Virus record (IMG/VR): IMGVR_UViG_3300007513_000004
Location: 159,403 to 223,402 of that record
Length of the DNA stretch: 64,000 nucleotides
Direction: 5' to 3' (one strand)
Shown here: positions 20,144 through 31,064 of the stretch, one piece after another
Layout of the letters: each line of letters starts with the position of its first letter
Numbering within the stretch: position 1 is the stretch's first letter
Position numbers and translations under genes: made by a program
The notes under the pieces: model-generated
What the model was told of the DNA's origin: nothing
The model's input: the letters and a program-made list of their open reading frames with translations, nothing else
Database searches by the model: none

Positions 20144-20575
20144 CTAAGCAATCCTTACCGTAATATTATCCCTTACCTCTGTAAGTTCTTGTGTTAATAC
20201 GGAAACAAATATATTATAAAGCCTTGGATCAACATCATCTCTTGCTACCGATATCTTGACTATATCCATAATAAGTTCTCCAGGAGACATATTCTGCCTT
20301 CTGGCCTGAGACCTCTGAAGAGACATAAGGTTTCTAACAGCAGTTCTTGCTGAAGACTCAAGATCTAGAGAAACTAATTTGTTATCTGCATGATGCCCTA
20401 TTCGCAAAGCCCCTATATAACTTCCATATTTTGGATGAAACTTATTATCACCAAGCTCTGTTAATAGTATTTTAATAATATCTTGACGCAGCTTTGCATT
20501 GCCATTTACTGTTTTTACAGAGCCACTAACTCCTATTTTAATATCCCCTCTTTCAAGGGCTAAATCAAAAGACAT
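20144..20575 (-). CDS. gp25/gpW-like baseplate wedge, sheath-initiator protein
   Basis: 143 aa. LRQDIIKILLTELGDNKFHPKYGS matches the gp25-like LxTxxGxxxxxPxYG pattern. Immediately before baseplate J. Confidence 0.85.
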   Translation of the reverse strand: MSFDLALERGDIKIGVSGSVKTVNGNAKLRQDIIKILLTELGDNKFHPKYGSYIGALRIGHHADNKLVSLDLESSARTAVRNLMSLQRSQARRQNMSPGELIMDIVKISVARDDVDPRLYNIFVSVLTQELTEVRDNITVRIA

Positions 20576-20635
20576 ATTATTGTTTCCTAAACTCTGTTTT
20601 TTACGTTAAAAATAATAGAAATATTTTTATATAAC

Positions 20636-20660
20636 TCTTGAATTTTAACCCAATTCAAGA
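20636..20660 (-). terminator. Hairpin (9-bp stem) just after the 692-aa gene; weak terminator or RNA processing stem
   Basis: TCTTGAATT-7nt-AATTCAAGA, with a poor U-tract. Confidence 0.4.
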
Positions 20661-20665
20661 ATCAA

Positions 20666-22744
20666 TCAGCCAGTTTCTACAGGATGAACAAAGGTTGCAA
20701 TCTCAGTCATAACTGCATATCTAAATAATTGATAAGCATCATAGGCCCTGAGGGCTATATCATTTGTAGCCTGAGCTATCGTGTCTCTTCTTTCTAGCTC
20801 ATCAAAAAAGCCGCTTGGAAACTCTTCCTCAAGATCTGCAAACTGCTCCTCTGTCAATAAGCATAATAAAGTTTCTTCTTTTGCTGTGAAAAAGGCAATA
20901 AGAAATGCCAATAAGTCTACAGCCCCGACGCCCTTTGATATACCTATCTTCGTTGCTATTTGAGCCTGAGTTTCGTCCTGAGCTTTTTCTGCTCGTCGCC
21001 TTTCATCTTCATCCTTCTTCTCCAACTGAGTTGTAACCCACCTTCTTGGAACATCCATTACAGATAAAACCGCGCTCATCATATGTGCATTTTTTACACC
21101 ACCACTTCTAGCGACACCCTCCTGCAATTCCAATACTTCAGGAACCTGACTGTCTCCCAAGATCAACAAAAGAGATTCTTCAATCATCTGCATAGTCTCT
21201 AACTGACACCGGCTTCCATGCGCCAATGCATCATCCTCTTTACAATAATCCTTTCTTTCAACAGCTGTTCTTGCATTATCATTTGTAACTTCAGAGCCAG
21301 AAGGTGGCGCATAACCACTTTGGTGTTGCATAGTCTGCAGATCTGTTATCTTGCCTCTGACATCAACTGCAAATCCGTGAAGCGCAGAAAATAACCTCGT
21401 TATCATCAATGATTCTATTAGCCCCATAGAGTTTGCAACATCACTGTAAGAAATTGGGACATCAGATATTCCAACGGTCACCGGAGGAGGTGTGTCTGAT
21501 CCAGAAAGATCTGGAGCATTAACTGTAGTTCCGCTAATAATATCAAGCCTTATTCTTATTACAGCTTCTAAAAGTGTAGATCTTAATTTATGCCTATTAA
21601 CAGTCCTGAGGGTGCTTGGGGCAAATGGAGCAGCCACCATTTTCTTTGGCTCATTAATACACTTCGCTATTCTTCCATCTTGAATGGGGGGGAATAGTAA
21701 ATAAGAAAATTTCCAAAAATTCTTTCCTCCCACGAAGCCCTGAAGAGATGGATCCGGCTCTTCCTTGACTTCTCTATTCCACAAAGAATTTAATAAATCA
21801 GTAGAATATTTATTAACCAACGCCGGCTCCATTAATATCAAGGCTTCCGTTACCAGCCAATACAGGTCGTTCTGGGAACTTCCCAAGGCCCAGGCCGGGG
21901 ACAAGGCTGAATCTGCTACATAATTTGGATCAAAGCCCATCAAGCTATCTTCCAAACTTGCCAACTTATCATCCAATGAACCTTCCGGATCAACGTTCGA
22001 CACGGCCGGGGCGCTGAGGATTATACCCATTATTTTATTTGCCGCAGCTAAAGTTGTTTCATTTGCTGTATCTGCTTCTAACAGTTCTTTCACTATATCG
22101 ACAAGCTCCTGAAGCTCTGGAACATATACAAAGCCTGCCTTTTCTAACCTTGAAAAGGCACTGACAGATGCTGAAAGAAAATCATATATAGCATTTGTTG
22201 GAGCCCCGGGCCGAGAGGTGACGGATAGCTGTCTGGTGTCTAAAATACTCATATAAGAATAACTTCCATCTTGCGTAAGGTTTTCCTGTTCACTAATCAA
22301 GTTTCCCGTTTCACTTACAGCAATCAATGCCTCATCAGCGTTTAAATCTGCCGAAGAAGGCATTCCTAACATTCTGAAAAACGCATTCTCATATGACTCC
22401 ATTACAGCCTCTGCATCCACAACTTCTTCAAGAGTTTTCTCCTCCCCTGTTACAGTTGGAATTTCCTGAGCCAATTCAAATGGTAAATACGAAGACCTCA
22501 TTCCGCTAAGTTCAGCAAAAAGTGAAGAAAAATTTTCCGCTACTTCTCCAAACATTTTCGCATAAGCCTCGCCTTGGCCTCCTGGTGGTACAAAATCATT
22601 GTTTACACCGAACTGATCTGCCAAAGAGGCTAGGGCGGTTCCGAGGGCGGCGCTTAATTCGTTTGTGGTCATACCAGAAGCGTCTACATTTGATTCTGCT
22701 TTTGCTATAAGATCTTGAATACCACCCGAGCTTGCAACTGTCAT
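20666..22744 (-). CDS. Hypothetical virion/baseplate-region protein (692 aa, helical)
   Basis: Long ORF co-oriented in the baseplate operon. No recognised motif. Confidence 0.75.
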   Translation of the reverse strand: MTVASSGGIQDLIAKAESNVDASGMTTNELSAALGTALASLADQFGVNNDFVPPGGQGEAYAKMFGEVAENFSSLFAELSGMRSSYLPFELAQEIPTVTGEEKTLEEVVDAEAVMESYENAFFRMLGMPSSADLNADEALIAVSETGNLISEQENLTQDGSYSYMSILDTRQLSVTSRPGAPTNAIYDFLSASVSAFSRLEKAGFVYVPELQELVDIVKELLEADTANETTLAAANKIMGIILSAPAVSNVDPEGSLDDKLASLEDSLMGFDPNYVADSALSPAWALGSSQNDLYWLVTEALILMEPALVNKYSTDLLNSLWNREVKEEPDPSLQGFVGGKNFWKFSYLLFPPIQDGRIAKCINEPKKMVAAPFAPSTLRTVNRHKLRSTLLEAVIRIRLDIISGTTVNAPDLSGSDTPPPVTVGISDVPISYSDVANSMGLIESLMITRLFSALHGFAVDVRGKITDLQTMQHQSGYAPPSGSEVTNDNARTAVERKDYCKEDDALAHGSRCQLETMQMIEESLLLILGDSQVPEVLELQEGVARSGGVKNAHMMSAVLSVMDVPRRWVTTQLEKKDEDERRRAEKAQDETQAQIATKIGISKGVGAVDLLAFLIAFFTAKEETLLCLLTEEQFADLEEEFPSGFFDELERRDTIAQATNDIALRAYDAYQLFRYAVMTEIATFVHPVETG

Positions 22745-22747
22745 ACT

Positions 22748-25700
22748 TTAATTCTCCAATTTCGTTCCGAAGGTTTGAGGTCCTGGCTTGGCAGACTTGG
22801 CGCTTTCATCTCTATCGTCATCTCCATACTTGCCGGAAGCTCCTCCGCCACCGGAGTCGGACCCGCTCTTAGGTACGAATAAAATAGTAAGTGTTCTATC
22901 TACCTTCATTAATTCACCTGGAGCAAAAAGCAACGAATCTGCTTCTGCATCGCCTGTGCTTTCCGCATCTTCTATGCAATCTACATCGGAAGAGGCCGAA
23001 GCATCCTCAGACTCTCCTCTTGTATCAATTATGCCTGACTCTGTAACAGCCTGTATGATAACCGAACAAACGGTCCCTCTCATAACAACCTTGCCCGGAG
23101 AATCCGCCGTTACAGCCAATGTATATGTTGATTCGTCCTTATCTACCAAATCTTCTTCTCCGGCGATAACCTCGATCCGTCTTGCCGAACCTGTGTCGTC
23201 CGTCAAAAAGTCTATTTTGATGCTATCGCTTAAATCAAGAGCTTGAGATATTTCTTCATCATAACAATCTCTTGGTATAAGTTCAATAAGAACCTTTGAT
23301 TCGGCCTCTGCAACGATCATATCTCCAACTCCAGAAGCATATTCCATAGCTCCCGTAATAGACGGGAAGCCTTCCATTTCATCAAAGTCTAATTCGTCAA
23401 CAATATCGCTCTTAATCAAGGTTGCAAGATCTTTTTGCTCTGGATTTATATATTCCGTAAGCGGTGTTTCATCGTCATCTCCAAGCAGCTTAAACGTTGT
23501 ATTCAATGGGTTAATAACAAACCTGCAAGTATCATCTATAGAATTCTCAACGCATGCCTTAAGAGCGTCATACTTCGTTATAATGAGCGGCATCGGAACG
23601 GGATTGAGGGCCAGCTTAAGCTCCCCTGTATCTTCATCCTCAACGGCTCCGATGGCAAGTTCGTGTCTTAACTTTGGAATAATCCCAAGAGGCACGCCAT
23701 CGTCATCTAACTCTTCGCTCTTAAAGTGCTGAAGGAATTCCTGCAAACAATCTAATGTGGGGGTTATTGCTATGTCTCCCAAGTCTTCTTCGAAGCCTGG
23801 AAGGTCCAAGAGAAGCTCCATCGGCCCCGAGGCACCGCAAGCTGATGCGATATCATCGGCAACCTGTCTAACGTCAACAATGTAAAGCCTTGGGAAGTCA
23901 AACACCTTGATTGAATCAAGAGAATTTCCAAGATCCTTTTGTTCTTTTCTGTGACCGCCGCCAAAATCATATGCCCATCCAAGCTCTGGAAATGGCATTT
24001 TATGTGCATCTTCCCAAGAGACTTCAAGAGTGTCGTCTGCTACAGTCTCCATAACAAGGAAGGAGGAGGCTGTGGAGGTGGCTGCATCTCCGCTATTTGT
24101 CCAACTTATCTCATACCCTTCCACAAAGCCCTCCCCCGCATCTGTATCAGGCTCTCCAGATATCTCAAAGGCTGTCCACGCAGCCTCTAAGGCCGCCCCC
24201 TGTTTTGTCTTTGGCAAATATTCAGTACCAGATGGTGCCAAACCAGACAAGAAGCTTGCATTGGCTTGAGCTTTAATAACAAGCTCTCCATCAACGGGGT
24301 ATTCTGCTACGCCGGAAGCAGTCGCAGCAGCTCCTGGGTCGCCGGATAATATAGTACTTTTTGGATCAATATTTCTATAAACCTCTTGATCTTCCTTTCC
24401 AAATCTTTTCTTTGGAGCACTTGGATGATTAATCATCTTTGCGTTTATTGATTCAATCTCCCCACTCTCAGTCACAATAATTCCACCGCCTGTATCTGTT
24501 TCTTCGACAAAATATACATTAAACTCATCATCAACAAGGGCAATCATTGGAATGTTTCCAAAAGTTTTAGTAACTGTAACTGGATTAAACTCAGCCACCA
24601 TAGTCTCCTCATTAACACTAGCCTCTTGAAGTTCAATCTCTACAGTTAACGGCTTTGGCTGATAGCCGTCTCCAGACTTTGTTAAGAAAATACCCGTCTT
24701 TCCATCTATTGGGCTAATAAAATCAAAATCACTTCCATCCTCTCCCTCGCCGGAGCTACCGCCACAAACATGTAATGAATCATCCGTACTTCTCAAAAAC
24801 ATCGGTGGAGAATCAAGAGTCTGTAACTCGCTTATAGTTTTCTTTCTAAAAAATAATGGGAACAATAAGAAGAATGGCCACCACGAAACTATACTTGTTT
24901 TGCCCCTATCGTTGAATTGAAACTCCACAATTCTTGGATCTGGACCTGTAAATATTGCAAACTTTTTAACGCTTCTTGTAAAAGACAAGCCAAATGTTGC
25001 ATTGAAATCACTGTCATCAAACTTCAAACCTGGATAATCAATATTGGGCATTTCCCCAGAGCCTTCGGAATCTCCTTCAAAGAACCCTCCTTCTATTACG
25101 AGCAAATTATCACCTGTAGCACTGTCTGTAAGGCCAGGCAACTCATTACCCGCATAACCACTGTTGCTAGATACAACAGCCGTACCTAGTTCATCAGATG
25201 AATCTATTAAAATATCACTAGGACATATACCGGCGGGATCATCACACCAGTCATCTCCATCGACATCTCCATCGAGCAGATCCGGCGGCGTATTTCCCCA
25301 AGTTTTCACATTATCTACCGGCAAAGTTGTATAGGTCTGAGCCAATGGCAGTAGCGCATCGGGCTCAATTCTTCCTCTTGGAGCAACCTTGCCAAGTATC
25401 AATCCGGCAAGCTGCGATGGATCAATACAAGCCTCTTCGTCGTCATCCGCACCAATTTGACAAGGGAAGGAGAATACAAGCATCAACAGCTCCAAGAATA
25501 GCTTTAGAATCGTTATAATTGGCTCTAGAACCGATAGGTCAGCCTCAAGGCTGAACAGGTGCTCATTTATGGCCTCCTCCAGCGCTACAATCGCCGGATA
25601 GTTCTTCTGCTCAATTGCGTTTACAAGAGCTGTTATGATTTCGTTTATAGCGTTGATGATGCTTAAGATCTTCAGAATCACGCAGAGCAGCAACTCCAGA

Positions 25701-28700
25701 AGGTGCAGTAATAATGCCAAGAACATAGCAGGAACAGAAAGCTGCGGCAATAACAATATAAGATCAAATAAGCACAAGAATAATCTAATTATTGCAAACA
25801 CCAATCTTATCGGATGCAGTAAAGCACATATAACATCAATAATGCAGAAGATAACCTTGATTGGAATCAAAAGAACTTTAAAGTTTCTAAGCTGAAGCGA
25901 TAACTCTGCAGTCAAGTGGAAGGAGAGATCACAGAAACTTTGCAAAAACTCTTTTGCGATATTTGCCTTATCTAGCGTTACAGATGTAAACTTGAGGAAA
26001 AACATCTCAAGCTCTTCTTGCAGCTTGCCCGCAGGACCCGTCTTGTTTCTGTTTCCACCAAAAATTTGGTCTGGCCATTTATCATCTAGATTTAAAGCAA
26101 TATCATTGCCCATCTGACGCTTGAGCCTCATTCTATTTTCTTGAGAATTTGTAAGAGAAATGCTCATACATTCACTCATTCCAAATACTGCAAAACTGCT
26201 CATATCCGGAATTGTGATTATCCAATTCATATAAATTCCGTCTGTAAACGGAGTTCCTTTTTTGGCCTTTACTCTCTTTCCAGCAACTTCAAATTTAGTA
26301 TCCTTCTTTGTTCCAATTGTTCTTAAGTAAATATTGTCATCAGAATTGACAATCATTGTTGAAAATATTTTTTTACCATATGATTTATATGGAAGCTTTT
26401 CATTCGGATCATTAATCCGAGCTTCTACAATTTCTGGAACATTAAACTTAATTGCAGCAACCTGCTCAAACCTAAAGGATAAAACCAATTTAAACTCATT
26501 CTCAAACTTATCTATTCCCGAAGATTGAATTGCCGCATCTTTATCTATAAAGACTTGATTAATATTTACCTTTGTAAAATCATTTGGCCTTGGCCCCATT
26601 GACGAAGCCCTCTGCTCCACACCTTCTGCTATTTGATTAAGCATTTGGCCAGCACTTGATAATTGATCTGAAAGCGTATTTAAAGCAGCAACCCCTGACG
26701 CTATTGCGTCAAGAACAGATTGGGCTCCGTCCATAACATCATCTACTGCACCTTGCGCAGTATCAAGAGCATTTGTAATGTCATCACCTATTGACGAAGA
26801 GTCAAGCCCTCCAGCCGCATCTGCTGCTGCACGAGCCTCCTCCAGAGCCTGCTCCTCAGCCTCTGCCGCGCTTAAGGCCTCATCTCCCAAAGATTCTTGT
26901 GCCGCTTCTTCTTTTGCAGCATACTCTGCTGCAGCTGTATCATAGTCTAATTGTAGCTCCTCGAAGGCGTCACCAGCTTCATCCATGGTTTCCTTGGCAG
27001 CATCAAGCTGCGCCTTCATCCCCTCCAGGGTTGCTGCAGCCTCTTCCTTTATCCTTTCATACATTGCGGCCATTTCAGATAAGCTTAAGGCAACCGTAGT
27101 TTGGCCATTCGTATCTATCGCAATAATCTCAACACCAGGCTTCCCCTCTTCATTTACTGGCGAATCAGACAAAGACATGCCATATATGTCTCCACCATCT
27201 TCGGCTCCAAAAACCATATCTACACTTGGATATATTTTAATTGGATTAGCAAATTCATAATAAGCATTTTCATTTGTAGATGGTTTGGTCCCAACCTCTT
27301 CGCCGCCCGGTCGCAAGGGATAACTTTCATTGGCAATTAATGGAAGTGGAGTTAAGCCTGCATTGCCTCCTGGGAAAATTATTGAAGACATACTCTCTTC
27401 GCCACTTGAGTCGGTAAACCTGCTAAGAGTTCCGGACAACATTGTTGTTGGTCGATCCTGACCTCTGGCCAAGACCGTTATATCCCCATCGTCCTTTACG
27501 GGGCTGCTGTCTACAACATCATCACTTATTCCACCATACCTTTCGTTAGAAAATGTAACAGTCGTTCTGTTATATAAAGTTGAATCATATGTTACATTGA
27601 AATATCTATCCTTTTTGCTTATGACTACATCTGTCCATCCCTCATCTTTAATGTTTCTTATATTTCTATAATTTGCGACAAGATATGAATTTTCAGCATA
27701 CTTTATCCTTCCGGCTCTCGATGGCTTTAGTCTTTTTGACCCAATATATCCTTTATACATTTTGGACATTCTGGCCTGCTTTGGACCGGTAAAGACTACA
27801 GACAAGCGGTCTAAACCATCTGATGTAATAATTGAAAATGGAGATATTCCAGAGCTATGACCACCTTGCGTTAGTTCGCTTAAATTATTATTTTTTATTT
27901 TTTTATTAAGCGTATTTGAATCACTATTGAGAATATCGAGAGGTATATTAGACTCAATTCTTGGCTTTCCACCTAAGGCTGATGGCAAAGTTGCAACAAA
28001 CCCCAAGATATGTGGCGGAGTAATAAAGGGTCTAAGCTCAGATCCTGGCTTACTATCTTTGGCTCCCAGCGGAATAATCCCATAACTTTGATCAGAACTC
28101 GACAAAGCCTGAGGGCCGCCTGGCTCGTTGAGAGGCTCGTTAGTTATAAGAATATATGCTGGATATTCCTTTTCTGATCCAACCAATTCAGTAAATCTGC
28201 TATAATTTAAAGATGCAGCCGCCGAGCCTGGAAAGTTTAAAATAGCTTTTCTTTTACTTATATATTCAAAGTCTGAAGAACCAATTTCGTATCCAAATTT
28301 CATAGGAACATGAAAACTAGCTCCATTCGGACTTGCAACGGTAGCCATTTCTATCTCCGAAATAGTACCCCCGCTTCCCGTCCAGCCTATATCTTCTTCT
28401 AAAATATCAAGATTTTTACCACCAGTGTCATTCAAAATTGCTATATAAGCATAAAAGGTTCCTCCAAAAATTGGCTTTTTGGATTTAATTTTAATTTCTG
28501 CATTTTGACCATCCATAAGAAGTGGAATGGAATGAACAGCGTTTGTCTCACTTCTAAACTTTGGAACAAAAAATCCATCTCTATCTGGGATTGGCGTAGG
28601 CGTAGGCGTAATGTCTGGCAATTCTATTTTGTCAGTACCTGGTGCTGCTACATAAATTTGAAACCCAGGAGAAGGATCAGTCGCGCCTTCTTCGGTCTGC

Positions 28701-30964
28701 GGCTGGGAGCATGTTCCGCTTGAAAGCTGTAAGCATACATAAAGCGTTCCCACATTAGATCCTAAGATATCAGACACAAGAGCTTCAGAGCGCACAGTTA
28801 AACTAGTTGATGATTGATTTGCAAAAATTACCGAATAATCACCAACGCTATCTCCGTCTTGAAAAGACCCTATTAAATTCTGCATTAATGGATCTGTATA
28901 AAAGTTAACCGAAACTACATCTGTCAAACCCTTCCCTGTAAAGGTTAATGCCTTGGTTCCATAAAAGCTAGCATCTGCGGAGAAAACCAGTTTATCATCA
29001 ACAAAACCATTTGGCTTTATCTTGGTTAATGTGACTGCCTTTGGATATACTTCTATATTATTTCCTGGAACTCTTACAATTTGACCTATATCATCAACCA
29101 CATAAAGAGCATATTCTGTTTTTTCTGACTCAGAATAAATATCCAACCCACTTGCAGCACCACTGGATGACCCGCTTGATGTATAAGGAATCTCAAGAAC
29201 CCATTCATCGTCTGGAGCATCTTCGCTCTTTGTTTTTGTAAGCGGAATCCAAATAGGAGGAATCTGATCTTCAACACTTGTTAAAATATTTGGCCTATTA
29301 GAAGCAACAATATCTCTGGCCCCGATGGTTTTAGATTCGAAAAACTTTTCATCGTTTGTTTCGTCCGCAGGCATTCCATCTCTAAACCCGAGAAGAATAT
29401 CAGGTCTATTTGCCTCACCCAAAACATCCGAAGTTCTATTCGCGCCCACCTTTGCAAGCGGAACGGACAGCGGAAATCCAAGATCTTGAAATCTATATCT
29501 ATTAAATGCATTTATAAAAAAATACTGTTGCTCCAGACTGTCCTTTGCCGACTGAGAATAGGCTGTTAACATCTCTTTATTAAAAGCGGATACATCACCA
29601 CTATTTATATAATCTAAAAGAACTTTATATACTGCCTGAAAATCTTCTTTCGATATATCATCAACAGACACCACAGGGCTTGCAGAAGAATCTAAATACC
29701 CCTTTGTAAGAACCGGCGCTGTAAACATCTCTACAGCCTCCCAAGACTCCCTAAACCCCCTTACTCTGGGTGGCTTTTTCGGAGTTATAATTGGAGATAA
29801 AAAGAACTCATAAGACGCAGAGGCTTTGTCTGAATCTCTATTCGTATCATACAGCCCCTCTCTGCTAATCGCTATATAACCCTTATCTCCATATTCTGGA
29901 TATGTTGTATCACCCGCCATTAACTCACAGGCCGGTGGCGCTTGATATTCAAAAGCTTCTGCAGCATAATTATTTCCATTAAGAAATTCAAAACAAAATG
30001 TTATATACTCTTCCGAAGGCTCTCCTAGGTCGTACATATTTGTTGTGTATCCAGAGCTATCTCTTCCAGATAGGTCTGGCATTTTAATATATACCGAATC
30101 ATCGTTGGCCGTATAATATCCTATATCTGATTTAAACAAATCTCCAAGGATATAATCTTCTTCTATATGAAATATAGGAAATATATCAAGCAATATTTTG
30201 ACGATACTATCATCTTCTATATCAATAACACCATCGGTTTCAGCCCCTACCCCGGTCAGGTACTGTGATAACGTTTCAAATGTCTCGCCGGAAATTCCAA
30301 CGTAATTCTTTAGCCCAAACTCCTCATCTGCAGCATTAACCAAGATATCCAGCATATCTTTTAATACTTGCATCGGAATAAACTTAAATGTTCCAACCGT
30401 TTTTAGTCCAGATAATCTTATATTATCTTCAGCCAAAGGATCTAGCTTCTTCTGCAGGTCCGAAGCATCTTCTATGCTTTCTGAAATCATCCTTGTAAGC
30501 ACAATAGATGGAACGTTACCTTCATGCCAACCATCTGTAATAGACGGCATGCTTTCTAATGATTTATTTATTTTATTTCTAGCAGTTACAAGGCTGGCTA
30601 CTCGCGGAAATTCACTCGAAGTATCAACCCCCGGTGTAATAGCGCTTATATGAGCCTTTAATCTTCCAAGTCTATATTTATTAAGCTTTTTGCTATACGT
30701 AGCTTTTGTTGTGTTTATTTTCTTATCGGACTGTAAAGATATCTTTACAATTGATCCTCCAATTAATGGAATTTTTTCTTTATCTTTTGCAGCATCAGGA
30801 AATAAAATTTCCATATCTTTAATCTTAAGATTAGAACGCCCAGAGGATGCCGTGGACGAATCATTATCCTCTGGATTGCAATTTACGTATATTTTTGAAA
30901 ATTCTTCTTGAAGATTAATATCGCCAACTAATAGCGGAAGAATCTTAGATACATTATCACCCAT
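22748..30964 (-). CDS. Giant hypothetical virion protein (2738 aa) with a coiled-coil and a long hydrophobic helical segment
   Basis: Long ORF between spike and gp25. Ala/Glu heptad region at about 26640-27070. Leu/Ile/Phe/Cys-rich stretch at about 25455-25950. Confidence 0.75.
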   Translation of the reverse strand: MGDNVSKILPLLVGDINLQEEFSKIYVNCNPEDNDSSTASSGRSNLKIKDMEILFPDAAKDKEKIPLIGGSIVKISLQSDKKINTTKATYSKKLNKYRLGRLKAHISAITPGVDTSSEFPRVASLVTARNKINKSLESMPSITDGWHEGNVPSIVLTRMISESIEDASDLQKKLDPLAEDNIRLSGLKTVGTFKFIPMQVLKDMLDILVNAADEEFGLKNYVGISGETFETLSQYLTGVGAETDGVIDIEDDSIVKILLDIFPIFHIEEDYILGDLFKSDIGYYTANDDSVYIKMPDLSGRDSSGYTTNMYDLGEPSEEYITFCFEFLNGNNYAAEAFEYQAPPACELMAGDTTYPEYGDKGYIAISREGLYDTNRDSDKASASYEFFLSPIITPKKPPRVRGFRESWEAVEMFTAPVLTKGYLDSSASPVVSVDDISKEDFQAVYKVLLDYINSGDVSAFNKEMLTAYSQSAKDSLEQQYFFINAFNRYRFQDLGFPLSVPLAKVGANRTSDVLGEANRPDILLGFRDGMPADETNDEKFFESKTIGARDIVASNRPNILTSVEDQIPPIWIPLTKTKSEDAPDDEWVLEIPYTSSGSSSGAASGLDIYSESEKTEYALYVVDDIGQIVRVPGNNIEVYPKAVTLTKIKPNGFVDDKLVFSADASFYGTKALTFTGKGLTDVVSVNFYTDPLMQNLIGSFQDGDSVGDYSVIFANQSSTSLTVRSEALVSDILGSNVGTLYVCLQLSSGTCSQPQTEEGATDPSPGFQIYVAAPGTDKIELPDITPTPTPIPDRDGFFVPKFRSETNAVHSIPLLMDGQNAEIKIKSKKPIFGGTFYAYIAILNDTGGKNLDILEEDIGWTGSGGTISEIEMATVASPNGASFHVPMKFGYEIGSSDFEYISKRKAILNFPGSAAASLNYSRFTELVGSEKEYPAYILITNEPLNEPGGPQALSSSDQSYGIIPLGAKDSKPGSELRPFITPPHILGFVATLPSALGGKPRIESNIPLDILNSDSNTLNKKIKNNNLSELTQGGHSSGISPFSIITSDGLDRLSVVFTGPKQARMSKMYKGYIGSKRLKPSRAGRIKYAENSYLVANYRNIRNIKDEGWTDVVISKKDRYFNVTYDSTLYNRTTVTFSNERYGGISDDVVDSSPVKDDGDITVLARGQDRPTTMLSGTLSRFTDSSGEESMSSIIFPGGNAGLTPLPLIANESYPLRPGGEEVGTKPSTNENAYYEFANPIKIYPSVDMVFGAEDGGDIYGMSLSDSPVNEEGKPGVEIIAIDTNGQTTVALSLSEMAAMYERIKEEAAATLEGMKAQLDAAKETMDEAGDAFEELQLDYDTAAAEYAAKEEAAQESLGDEALSAAEAEEQALEEARAAADAAGGLDSSSIGDDITNALDTAQGAVDDVMDGAQSVLDAIASGVAALNTLSDQLSSAGQMLNQIAEGVEQRASSMGPRPNDFTKVNINQVFIDKDAAIQSSGIDKFENEFKLVLSFRFEQVAAIKFNVPEIVEARINDPNEKLPYKSYGKKIFSTMIVNSDDNIYLRTIGTKKDTKFEVAGKRVKAKKGTPFTDGIYMNWIITIPDMSSFAVFGMSECMSISLTNSQENRMRLKRQMGNDIALNLDDKWPDQIFGGNRNKTGPAGKLQEELEMFFLKFTSVTLDKANIAKEFLQSFCDLSFHLTAELSLQLRNFKVLLIPIKVIFCIIDVICALLHPIRLVFAIIRLFLCLFDLILLLPQLSVPAMFLALLLHLLELLLCVILKILSIINAINEIITALVNAIEQKNYPAIVALEEAINEHLFSLEADLSVLEPIITILKLFLELLMLVFSFPCQIGADDDEEACIDPSQLAGLILGKVAPRGRIEPDALLPLAQTYTTLPVDNVKTWGNTPPDLLDGDVDGDDWCDDPAGICPSDILIDSSDELGTAVVSSNSGYAGNELPGLTDSATGDNLLVIEGGFFEGDSEGSGEMPNIDYPGLKFDDSDFNATFGLSFTRSVKKFAIFTGPDPRIVEFQFNDRGKTSIVSWWPFFLLFPLFFRKKTISELQTLDSPPMFLRSTDDSLHVCGGSSGEGEDGSDFDFISPIDGKTGIFLTKSGDGYQPKPLTVEIELQEASVNEETMVAEFNPVTVTKTFGNIPMIALVDDEFNVYFVEETDTGGGIIVTESGEIESINAKMINHPSAPKKRFGKEDQEVYRNIDPKSTILSGDPGAAATASGVAEYPVDGELVIKAQANASFLSGLAPSGTEYLPKTKQGAALEAAWTAFEISGEPDTDAGEGFVEGYEISWTNSGDAATSTASSFLVMETVADDTLEVSWEDAHKMPFPELGWAYDFGGGHRKEQKDLGNSLDSIKVFDFPRLYIVDVRQVADDIASACGASGPMELLLDLPGFEEDLGDIAITPTLDCLQEFLQHFKSEELDDDGVPLGIIPKLRHELAIGAVEDEDTGELKLALNPVPMPLIITKYDALKACVENSIDDTCRFVINPLNTTFKLLGDDDETPLTEYINPEQKDLATLIKSDIVDELDFDEMEGFPSITGAMEYASGVGDMIVAEAESKVLIELIPRDCYDEEISQALDLSDSIKIDFLTDDTGSARRIEVIAGEEDLVDKDESTYTLAVTADSPGKVVMRGTVCSVIIQAVTESGIIDTRGESEDASASSDVDCIEDAESTGDAEADSLLFAPGELMKVDRTLTILFVPKSGSDSGGGGASGKYGDDDRDESAKSAKPGPQTFGTKLEN

Positions 30965-30998
30965 ACTTAACCCTTAAACTAACTTGATTTACAAACTT

Positions 30999-31007
30999 AT
31001 TATACCA
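30999..31007 (-). promoter_or_regulatory. Putative extended -10 promoter (TGGTATAAT)
   Basis: Exact TGnTATAAT in the 100-nt gap upstream of ATG 30964. Confidence 0.4.
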
Positions 31008-31064
31008 ACTTATCTACACAAAGATTAAATAAATTAATTGATTATAAAATAGAAAATATAACAA

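Noticed and set aside
28593-28610. GGCGTA x3 microrepeat (TPTPTP)
   Set aside because: Ordinary Pro/Thr interdomain linker, too short to imply a mechanism.
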